Source of the DNA: Gammaproteobacteria bacterium
GTDB lineage: Bacteria; Pseudomonadota; Gammaproteobacteria; UBA1113
Length of the DNA stretch: 64,000 nucleotides
NCBI GenBank assembly: GCA_020051155.1
Contig: JAGVJK010000005.1
Span: 3,312 to 67,311, forward strand
Reading direction: 5' to 3'
The translations under genes were made by a program, and so were the position numbers. Below are positions 45,949-54,136 of this stretch, in pieces. Below the pieces are notes generated by a model that searched no databases, was not told the origin of the DNA, and saw nothing but the letters and a program-made list of their open reading frames with translations. Within the stretch, counting starts at the first letter, position 1; every line of letters begins with the position of its first letter.

Positions 45949-47451
45949 ATGTCAGATCTCACCTATTTACTCGCCGTTGATCAAGGTACAACGAGTAGTC
46001 GAGCGATGTTATTTGATAAAACAGGACATGTCATTGCGCAAGCGCAAGAAGAAATTCATCCTCACTATCCTCAACCCGCATGGGTGGAACAGGATCCCAA
46101 TGTGATCTTAAGTAGCGTGTTATCAGTGTGTCGCTCCGTGTTGTCTGCTGCGAATGTTTCATTACAACAGATTGCTGGAATGGGTATTAGCAATCAGCGT
46201 GAAACCACCATCATCTGGGATCGAACAACAGGAGAAGCGATTTATCCAGCCATTGTTTGGCAAGACAGACGCACGAGTCTCTATTGTGAGGAGCTAATTG
46301 CTCAGGGATTAGAGTCGATGGTGACACAAAAAACGGGATTACTGATTGACCCTTACTTTTCAGCAACAAAAATTCATTGGGTGTTACACCATATAGATGG
46401 AGCAAAACAAAAAGCAATGCGCGGCGAGCTTGCCTTTGGCACGGTTGATAGCTATTTACTATGGCATCTCACAGGTGGCACGGAGCATGCAACAGATATT
46501 ACTAATGCTGCGCGGACGCTCCTATTAAATATACATACTGGGCAATGGGATGAAGAGTTGCTGGCGCTGTTTGATATTCCACGCTCCTTGTTGCCAACAG
46601 TGAAACCGAATACCAGTGATTATGGGTATACGGCAGCGGGTATCTTCGAGCGGCAATTACCAATTGTTGCAATGGTTGGTGATCAACAAGCCGCGTCCAT
46701 TGGGCAAGGATGTTTTTTACCAGGGATGATCAAAAGCACCTACGGCACGGGTTGCTTTTTATTGTTGAACACTGGCAACGAAGTGATTTACTCAAAGCAC
46801 CGATTGTTATCGACTATCGCGTATCAAATCGATTCACAAATTACTTACGCCTTGGAAGGAAGTATTTTTATGGCAGGTGCAACCATTCAATGGTTGCGAG
46901 ATGCAATGAAATTTATTCATAGTGCAAAGGAGTGTGAAGCACTCATTATGAAAACGGAAAATACCGGTGGTGTTTACTTAGTGCCTGCCTTCACTGGGAT
47001 GGGCGCACCTTACTGGGATGCAGATGCGCGAGGTGCAATTGTTGGATTAACACGTGATACGGATATTCCACAGATTGTTCGCGCAGCGGTGGAAGCAGTG
47101 TGTTATCAAACACGAGATATTATCACGGCTATGCGAGAAGACGGCGCTGAGGTGCAACACTTGCGTGTTGATGGTGGCATGGCTGCCAATCAATGGTTCA
47201 TACAATTTTTAGCAGACATTTTAAATATTCCAGTCATGCGTCCACCGTTGTTAGAAAGCACAGCGGTAGGCGTTGCATATCTTGTTGGTGTGCAGCAAGG
47301 ATTGTATCCTGTCTTTCAAGCAGAAAATCCTTTATGGCAAGGAACGCAAACGTTTAATCCTAAGATGTCAGAAGAGGAACGAGAGAGTCATTATAAAGGT
47401 TGGCTGCAGGCAGTCAGTATGATCCTATACCGCTCGCCAATGAAGAAGTGA
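45949..47451 (+). CDS. glpK: Glycerol kinase
   Basis: Motifs: LAVDQGTTSSRAMLFD, GISNQRETTIIWD, GDQQAA, YGTGCF. The ATG at 45949 follows AAGGAG. Confidence 0.95.
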   Translation: MSDLTYLLAVDQGTTSSRAMLFDKTGHVIAQAQEEIHPHYPQPAWVEQDPNVILSSVLSVCRSVLSAANVSLQQIAGMGISNQRETTIIWDRTTGEAIYPAIVWQDRRTSLYCEELIAQGLESMVTQKTGLLIDPYFSATKIHWVLHHIDGAKQKAMRGELAFGTVDSYLLWHLTGGTEHATDITNAARTLLLNIHTGQWDEELLALFDIPRSLLPTVKPNTSDYGYTAAGIFERQLPIVAMVGDQQAASIGQGCFLPGMIKSTYGTGCFLLLNTGNEVIYSKHRLLSTIAYQIDSQITYALEGSIFMAGATIQWLRDAMKFIHSAKECEALIMKTENTGGVYLVPAFTGMGAPYWDADARGAIVGLTRDTDIPQIVRAAVEAVCYQTRDIITAMREDGAEVQHLRVDGGMAANQWFIQFLADILNIPVMRPPLLESTAVGVAYLVGVQQGLYPVFQAENPLWQGTQTFNPKMSEEERESHYKGWLQAVSMILYRSPMKK

Positions 47452-47520
47452 TTTTCTGGCATCAGAACAGGCGGTATATCCTTTTTATTAGATGCTGCGC
47501 CCGGGTTCCCCGGGCTTGCA

Positions 47521-47549
47521 CACAAGGGGGAGTTCTACTCCCCCTTGTG
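47521..47549 (+). terminator. 12-bp GC-rich hairpin downstream of glpK (no U-tract)
   Basis: CACAAGGGGGAG-TTCTA-CTCCCCCTTGTG. Confidence 0.35.
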
Positions 47550-47612
47550 AATCCCCCATCCTGGTGGAGCACTTCAAGCTGCTTCGCACCTTGAAGTGGA
47601 ATCGGTATCTCT

Positions 47613-47642
47613 AAAAAAAATCCGGGTGCATGAAGCACCTGG
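47613..47642 (-). terminator. Rho-independent terminator of the 153-aa membrane protein gene
   Basis: Minus strand reads CCAGGUGC-UUCAU-GCACCCGG followed by U8. Confidence 0.75.
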
Positions 47643-47669
47643 TAGGATTAAGTTCTATTTCTAGGGATG

Positions 47670-48131
47670 TTAAAGATGATGTGGCATTAGGAAATCATGA
47701 TCATCGTCGAAATGTTCATCAAGTGAAGAGGGATGCATTTTAGTTTTTTCTTGCTCAAGATCTAGAGATCTAGGATTTAAATATTCAGCCATTGCATCCA
47801 TAAAAACGACACTGCCAGAAAATGCTCTTTGACGTCGTCGATACCCTTTCGGGAAGATGAACAATTTAGCACCCAATAAAATGAGTGCTACGCCCAGTAA
47901 CAAAAAAATAAAAGAAGGATGAGCCAATTGCCACCATGCGAGGGCAAACAATCCACCAGCATAACAAACAACACCCAAGACAGCTTGAATATTTGTTGCA
48001 GTAGTGCTGGAGCGATTTGCTACAACACTTAAATCTGCCAGAGGGGAGGAGGAGTTTATATCATCAGAACACTGATTCACGCTGTCCGAGTGCCGGTATA
48101 GGGGATTTGTGGATGGGAGATTGTTACTCAT
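47670..48131 (-). CDS. Hypothetical membrane protein (153 aa) with a central two-TM hairpin
   Basis: AAGGA RBS. The central hydrophobic stretch of about 50 aa (AVLGVVCYAGGLFALAWWQLAHPSFIFLLLGVALILLGAKLFIF) is flanked by polar N- and C-terminal regions. A terminator lies downstream. Confidence 0.6.
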   Translation of the reverse strand: MSNNLPSTNPLYRHSDSVNQCSDDINSSSPLADLSVVANRSSTTATNIQAVLGVVCYAGGLFALAWWQLAHPSFIFLLLGVALILLGAKLFIFPKGYRRRQRAFSGSVVFMDAMAEYLNPRSLDLEQEKTKMHPSSLDEHFDDDHDFLMPHHL

Positions 48132-48659
48132 GGCTCTGTCCTTCTTTTACTAAAATTAGCTTAGTGTCATGTAAAAAGACCTAGTTGGTCTTTGCGCACA
48201 GGTTGCTTTCACTTCCCGCCGCATCCCTGATTTCTCAAGGTAAGGTTGAGTATAGTTAGCAATTGCTATTTGTGTACGATGGCCTCTTAATTTTTTTGAG
48301 AGTCTAAAAACGCAAATGAACAATTTTTTGATGAGCCGTATGAAAGATGAGCGAGCTTTATGTGAGTTGACATAGGCAAGCTTTTCATTGAGGAATCTTT
48401 TGGTTAACAAGCTGTGCAGCAGCGTTTATTTTTTGATGATTATGAATCAAGCATGACTGTTAACTACTTAAGTTGTAATTATTTTTCATATTTTAGACAG
48501 TGATATTGAGAGGCTGCTGCATAATTGAAATGAATGCGTTAACAGAAAGTTTTATCTTGTGAGAAAGATTCTGCGTGAGAAATGTCTCACAATTTTATGA
48601 GACATTCTCTGAGAAAGTGTTTCGCTGTCGGCTGAAATAAGGAGACAGCTCTCTTGTGC

Positions 48660-49244
48660 TTATTGAGTACTATTTGAAACTTTATTAGCAGCACTGTTGG
48701 GAACATTATCAGTGGGCAATAGAATGCCAACTTTTTTGATCTCAGCCATAGACGTAGACATTGGTTGATTTTCTACCACCCAATAAGCTCCTAAGTTTAA
48801 ACGGGGAAAAGAGGCTTCTGGCATATCGCAAACATTGAGCACTTTAGCGCAATCTAAGGGGGCAGCACCTGCGACATTAGGTTGGCAGCTCAACGTAAAC
48901 TTTTCTAAATTCATGGCAATGGCGGACCAATAGCCAGGTTTTAAATCAGAGGCCCAACCGGCACCCGCGCCCGGATCTGTTTGTGGGTGACTCAATAAGA
49001 GAGGTGTATTACTAATGTTAGTCAGTATGTAAACCTGTTGTGTGGGACCATCATTGTTTAAGATGAGTAGATTATTAGCCATATGATGATGGCTTTCTTC
49101 ACAATTAAGCGTCACGGTAGGTTTAGGGGGAGGGGGGTTAACAGTGTCCGCCTTAGCAGATACGGCCAGTACACTGATACTAAGACCCGTAATAACCGCT
49201 AGAGATTTAACAAGGGAGTGATCGGTGTTGCAGAAAATACTCAT
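48660..49244 (-). CDS. Hypothetical secreted protein (194 aa) with a signal peptide
   Basis: AAGGAG RBS 9 nt after the gltA stop. N-terminal hydrophobic segment ending ..SAKA|DT. PPPPKP linker. Confidence 0.6.
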   Translation of the reverse strand: MSIFCNTDHSLVKSLAVITGLSISVLAVSAKADTVNPPPPKPTVTLNCEESHHHMANNLLILNNDGPTQQVYILTNISNTPLLLSHPQTDPGAGAGWASDLKPGYWSAIAMNLEKFTLSCQPNVAGAAPLDCAKVLNVCDMPEASFPRLNLGAYWVVENQPMSTSMAEIKKVGILLPTDNVPNSAANKVSNSTQ

Positions 49245-49253
49245 GATAGCTCC

Positions 49254-50546
49254 TTATGAAGATCGTTTAGCGATGGAAACAAAATCTCGCGTGGCAGCTC
49301 CCGTGTAGAGTTGTCTTGGACGGCCAATGCGAAAACTTGGATCGCTGACCATTTCACTCCAATGAGAAATCCAACCAACGGTGCGCGCCAAGGCGAAGAT
49401 CACAGTGAACATATTAGTGGGAATGCCAAGAGCACTTAAGGTAATGCCAGAGTAAAAATCGACGTTGGGATACAGTTTCTTTTCAACGAAATAAGGATCT
49501 TCTAAGGCAATACGTTCTAATTCCATGGCTAACTTAAATAATGGATCATTTTGTACCCCCACTTCAGCGAGAACGTCATGACAGGTTTGTCGCATGATTT
49601 TCGCTCTGGGATCATAGTTTTTATAAACGCGATGACCAAAGCCCATTAATCGGAAAGAATCATTTTTATCTCGAGCGCGTTTCAAAAATTCAGGAATACG
49701 CGATACATCACCAATTTGATGCAACATATTCAATACCGCTTCATTGGCGCCACCATGGGCAGGTCCCCACAGTGCTGCAATTCCAGCAGAAATACAGGCA
49801 AAAGGATTAGCCCCGGTCGAACCGGCCAAACGTACGGTGGAAGTTGAAGCATTTTGTTCATGATCAGCGTGTAATATAAAAATACGATCCATGGCTTTTG
49901 CTAATACAGGATTTGAAACCCATTTTTCAGAGGGCATGGAAAACATCATATGTAAAAAGTTTTCAGCATAACTGTATTCATTTTGAGGTTGTACAAAGGG
50001 CAACCCGTTGTAATAGCGATAACACATCGCAGCAATGGTTGGCATTTTTGCGATTAATCGATAAGCGGCAGTTTCGCGATGTTTAGGATCAGTGATGTCT
50101 AAGGCATCGTGATAGAAGGCTGACAAAGCACCGACCACACCCACCATGACGGCCATAGGATGAGCATCGCGGCGAAAGCCATTAAAAAATTGATAGATTT
50201 GTTGGTGTACCATCGTGTGGAGAGTGACATTTTTAGTAAAGGCTTTTATTTGCTCTTTGTTAGGTAATTCACCATTTAATAGGAGGTAGCATATTTCCAA
50301 GTAATCAGAGTGTTCTGCTAACTGATCAATAGGGTAACCACGATACAAGAGAACACCACGATCACCATCAATGAAGGTAATCTTTGATTCACAGGCCGCA
50401 GTAGAGGTAAAACCGGGGTCGTAAGTGAAATCGCCTAGTTTCCCAAGAGGATTAATGTCAATGAGTGTATCACCAAAGGTCCCTTTTAAAATGGGTAGAT
50501 CAATAGATTGATTGTCAAAGGTGATAGTTGCATTTTTATCCGACAT
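49254..50546 (-). CDS. gltA: Citrate synthase (type II)
   Basis: 430 aa. Motifs: [35 protein letters not shown]. Divergent from sdhC as in E. coli. Confidence 0.95.
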   Translation of the reverse strand: MSDKNATITFDNQSIDLPILKGTFGDTLIDINPLGKLGDFTYDPGFTSTAACESKITFIDGDRGVLLYRGYPIDQLAEHSDYLEICYLLLNGELPNKEQIKAFTKNVTLHTMVHQQIYQFFNGFRRDAHPMAVMVGVVGALSAFYHDALDITDPKHRETAAYRLIAKMPTIAAMCYRYYNGLPFVQPQNEYSYAENFLHMMFSMPSEKWVSNPVLAKAMDRIFILHADHEQNASTSTVRLAGSTGANPFACISAGIAALWGPAHGGANEAVLNMLHQIGDVSRIPEFLKRARDKNDSFRLMGFGHRVYKNYDPRAKIMRQTCHDVLAEVGVQNDPLFKLAMELERIALEDPYFVEKKLYPNVDFYSGITLSALGIPTNMFTVIFALARTVGWISHWSEMVSDPSFRIGRPRQLYTGAATRDFVSIAKRSS

Positions 50547-50776
50547 GTTGAAAGTGCTCCTCAGTAACAGGGTGATTCAGTCTATATACCGCGCGAAGTA
50601 TAATTCCATTAAAAAGTTTTTACAAATTTCATGCCAGTTATACCGCTCTTGGAGTCATTGTTTTTTAAGGGCTATTTAAGCTATACTTCCACCTGTTTTT
50701 TCTCAGTAAAAAATTGGGTAGCTATTGGCCATATCTGATGGCCTTAGGGTATTATATAACGTATGCGAGGGGTGCT

Positions 50777-51151
50777 GTGAGTAATAAAAGACCAGTCAAT
50801 TTGCAATTAACGACCATGAAATTTCCCGTAACGGCCATTGTTTCTATTTTGCACCGCGTCTCCGGGTTGGTCATCTTTTTGTTGTTACCATTATTACTGT
50901 GGATGCTGTCGAGCTCCTTGAGCTCAGCAGAGAGTTTTGATGCGTTGCAAACCTGCTTGAGTGCACCCTGGGTGAAACTCATTGTGTGGGGTTTGTTAGC
51001 AGCGATTGTTTATCATGTGTTTGCTGGCATACGTCATCTATTGATGGATTTTGGTGTAGCAGAGGAAAAACAAAGCGGTAAGGTGGGAGCTTTGATCACC
51101 ATTATCCTCGCTGTGGTAGCGATTGTAATAGTAGGAATGATGATATGGTAA
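50777..51151 (+). CDS. sdhC: Succinate dehydrogenase cytochrome b556 subunit
   Basis: (M)SNKRPVNLQLTTMKFPVTAIVSILHRVSG matches the E. coli SdhC N-terminus. The GTG at 50777 follows GAGGGG; the ORF-track start at 50714 is less likely. Confidence 0.85.
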   Translation: MSNKRPVNLQLTTMKFPVTAIVSILHRVSGLVIFLLLPLLLWMLSSSLSSAESFDALQTCLSAPWVKLIVWGLLAAIVYHVFAGIRHLLMDFGVAEEKQSGKVGALITIILAVVAIVIVGMMIW

Positions 51152-51492
51152 GTAATGTAACAAGTTATAGCCGTAATGGTTTGCGAGATTGGTTATTGCA
51201 GCGAGTCTCTGCTTATGTGTTAGGTCTATTTTTATTATTTTTACTGGGTGTTTATATCACTCAGCGTCCGATGACCTATGATGTTTGGCATCAAGTGTTT
51301 TCCAATTTAGCGGTGAAACTGTTTACCGTGTTGGCGCTGCTGAGCATGGCCGTTCACGCGTGGATTGGTGTATGGACGATTCTTACGGATTATGTGAAAT
51401 GCACCTATGCGAGATTATCCCTAGAAGCTGTATTTATGTTAGCCCTGGTGATCTATGTCATCTGGGGTGTTGTAATTTTGTGGAGTATGTAA
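51145..51492 (+). CDS. sdhD: Succinate dehydrogenase hydrophobic membrane anchor subunit
   Basis: 115 aa with three TM helices. Lies between sdhC and sdhA. Confidence 0.85.
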   Translation: MVSNVTSYSRNGLRDWLLQRVSAYVLGLFLLFLLGVYITQRPMTYDVWHQVFSNLAVKLFTVLALLSMAVHAWIGVWTILTDYVKCTYARLSLEAVFMLALVIYVIWGVVILWSM

Positions 51493-51495
51493 GCG

Positions 51496-53256
51496 ATGCC
51501 ATTACCAATTTTTAATTTTGATGCAGTGATTATTGGTGCAGGTGGTTCAGGCATGCGAACCTCCTTAGAATTAGCGGGCTATAAAACAGCCCTTGTTTCA
51601 AAAGTATTTCCAACTCGTTCTCATACCGTATCGGCGCAAGGTGGGATTACCTGTGCCATTGGTAATGCCCATGAAGATGATTGGCGTTGGCATATGTATG
51701 ATACTGTCAAAGGCGCAGATTATATTGGCGATCAAGATTGTATCGAATACATGTGTAAAACAGGTCCAGAGTGTGTCTATGAATTAGAACACATGGGCTT
51801 ACCATTTTCTCGCACAGATGAAGGTGGCATTTATCAACGAGCCTTCGGCGGACAATCTAAAAACTTTGGTGGTGAACAAGCACAGCGAACTTGCGCTGCA
51901 GCAGATCGAACCGGTCATGCGTTATTACACACCTTGTATCAAAAAAACTTGCAAGCTCATACTCATGTGTTTTCAGAATGGTTTGCGATTGATTTAGTGA
52001 AAGCGGCTAATGGTAAAGGCTTTGCTGGTGTTATCGTATTAAATATTGAAACCGGTGAACGCGTTTTCATGCGATCGCGAACAATCATTTTAGCGACTGG
52101 TGGCGCTGGACGGATTTTTCAATCCACTACCAATGCGTTAATTAACACCGGTGATGGCGTTGGTATGGCAGCGCGTGCGGGATTACCATTGCAAGATATG
52201 GAAATGTGGCAATTTCACCCTACGGGTATTGCTGGTGCTGGGGTGTTAGTCACAGAAGGGTGCCGCGGTGAAGGTGGTTACTTAGTGAATAAAAGCGGCG
52301 AACGCTTTATGGAACGATACGCGCCTCATGTAAAAGATTTAGCGTCTCGAGATGTGGTTTCTCGCTCGATTGCCTTAGAAATTCGTGAAGGTCGTGCTAT
52401 TGAAACCGCAGGTGTGGAGCATGTGTACCTCAAGCTAGATCATTTGGGCGCAGATTTAATTAAATCTCGATTACCTGGCATTCGCGAATTATCCATGACT
52501 TTTGCCGGTGTCGATCCGATTCGTGATCCCATTCCTGTGGTGCCAACCTGTCATTATATGATGGGGGGAATTCCAACTAACGTTCACGGCCAGGTTTTAA
52601 CAGTCGATGGCCAAGGGCGCGAAAGCGTGGTTGAAGGTTTATATGCTGTGGGCGAATGTGCGTGTGTCTCTGTACACGGCGCTAACCGCTTGGGTGGAAA
52701 CTCTTTGTTAGATTTAGTAGTGTTTGGCAGAGCTGCGGGCATACATGCAAAAGAAGCTTTGGACCGCGGATTGCCACAGCATGATGTCACAGATGCGGAG
52801 GTGGATGAAGCCACAGCACGTTTACGTCGTTGGGATGAAGCGAAGGACGGAGAATCTGTATTAGCATTGCGAGCAGAATTACAAAAAACTATGCAGCATG
52901 ATTTCGGTGTATTCCGCCAAGAAGACAGCATGCAAGAGGGGATCAAAAAATTATTTGATCTGCGTGAGCGTTTAAAACACGCATCCATTAAAGATCATAG
53001 CCAAGTGTTTAATACCGCTCGTATCGAAGCCTTGGAGTTAGACAACTTGATGGCAACAGCGATTGCGACGGCACTAGCGGCAGATTTTCGTAAAGAAAGT
53101 CGCGGTGCACATAGTCGAGAAGATTACCCCAATCGTGATGATGCTAATTGGATTAAGCACACATTGTATTTGCCGGGCGATGGTTTAACCACACGTCCAG
53201 TGAATATGAAACCCCATGAGGTTGCCACCATGGAACCTAAAGAACGAGTTTATTAA
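51496..53256 (+). CDS. sdhA: Succinate dehydrogenase flavoprotein subunit
   Basis: Motifs: [35 protein letters not shown]. Confidence 0.95.
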   Translation: MPLPIFNFDAVIIGAGGSGMRTSLELAGYKTALVSKVFPTRSHTVSAQGGITCAIGNAHEDDWRWHMYDTVKGADYIGDQDCIEYMCKTGPECVYELEHMGLPFSRTDEGGIYQRAFGGQSKNFGGEQAQRTCAAADRTGHALLHTLYQKNLQAHTHVFSEWFAIDLVKAANGKGFAGVIVLNIETGERVFMRSRTIILATGGAGRIFQSTTNALINTGDGVGMAARAGLPLQDMEMWQFHPTGIAGAGVLVTEGCRGEGGYLVNKSGERFMERYAPHVKDLASRDVVSRSIALEIREGRAIETAGVEHVYLKLDHLGADLIKSRLPGIRELSMTFAGVDPIRDPIPVVPTCHYMMGGIPTNVHGQVLTVDGQGRESVVEGLYAVGECACVSVHGANRLGGNSLLDLVVFGRAAGIHAKEALDRGLPQHDVTDAEVDEATARLRRWDEAKDGESVLALRAELQKTMQHDFGVFRQEDSMQEGIKKLFDLRERLKHASIKDHSQVFNTARIEALELDNLMATAIATALAADFRKESRGAHSREDYPNRDDANWIKHTLYLPGDGLTTRPVNMKPHEVATMEPKERVY

Positions 53257-53283
53257 ACGCGCGTTGAATGAAGAGGTCGAAAC

Positions 53284-54006
53284 ATGTCAGACGCTACTAA
53301 AATTGTAAAGTTTAAAATTTACCGCTTTGATCCAGAAAGTGGCAAAGAACCTTTTATGCAGGATTTCGAATTAGTGGTGCCTGCGGACAAAGATATGATG
53401 CTATTAACGGCTATTTTGCGCATTAAAGATGAGCAAGATGATAGCTTGACATTGCGTCGTTCTTGCCGTGAAGGGGTGTGTGGTTCCGATGGTATTAATA
53501 TTAACGGTCGTAATGGCTTAGCCTGTATCACACCTTTATCAGCGCTAAAGCAACCCATTGTTTTGCGACCATTGCCTGGGCTGCCGATCATTAAAGATTT
53601 AGTGGTGGATATGACACAATTCTTCCGCCAATATGAAAAAATTAAACCTTATCTCATTAATGATGATCCATTACCACCTAAAGAGCGATTACAGTCTCCC
53701 GCGGATCGTAAAAAATTAGATGGTCTTTACGAATGTATTTTATGTGCTTGTTGCTCCACCTCCTGTCCTTCTTTCTGGTGGAATCCGGATAAATTTATCG
53801 GCCCTGCAGGATTGTTGCAGGCCTATCGTTTTATCATTGATAGCCGTGATACCCATCGACAAGAACGTTTAAGTGAATTAGAAGATCCCTTTAGTGTATT
53901 CCGTTGTCGCGGCATTATGAATTGCGTGGATGTTTGTCCTAAGGGCTTAAATCCTACGAAAGCGATTGGAGAAATTCGCTCCTTGATGCTGAAGGAGCAA
54001 ACCTAA
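53284..54006 (+). CDS. sdhB: Succinate dehydrogenase iron-sulfur subunit
   Basis: Cys clusters SCREGVCGSDG, CILCACCSTSCP and CRGIMNCVDVCP. Confidence 0.95.
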   Translation: MSDATKIVKFKIYRFDPESGKEPFMQDFELVVPADKDMMLLTAILRIKDEQDDSLTLRRSCREGVCGSDGININGRNGLACITPLSALKQPIVLRPLPGLPIIKDLVVDMTQFFRQYEKIKPYLINDDPLPPKERLQSPADRKKLDGLYECILCACCSTSCPSFWWNPDKFIGPAGLLQAYRFIIDSRDTHRQERLSELEDPFSVFRCRGIMNCVDVCPKGLNPTKAIGEIRSLMLKEQT

Positions 54007-54136
54007 GTATAGAAAAAGCGGAAGGTTATGTTCCGCGCGCCTAGAGTGGATGATTCTATGGTGCTTAAGCGATGAAGGATTGTGTCAATGAGGAACGCAT
54101 ACGTTCCATATAGAGTACATAGTGAGGATAGCTGCA

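Noticed and set aside
48156..48410. 84-aa minus-strand ORF
   Set aside because: It has a TTG start without an RBS. The sequence is highly basic, low-complexity-like and carries no recognisable motif. It is probably non-coding, though a decayed gene remnant cannot be excluded.
54018..54036. Small hairpin (GCGGAA-GGTTATG-TTCCGC) between sdhB and sucA as a terminator or attenuator
   Set aside because: The stem is only 6 bp with no U-tract. It is too weak to call.
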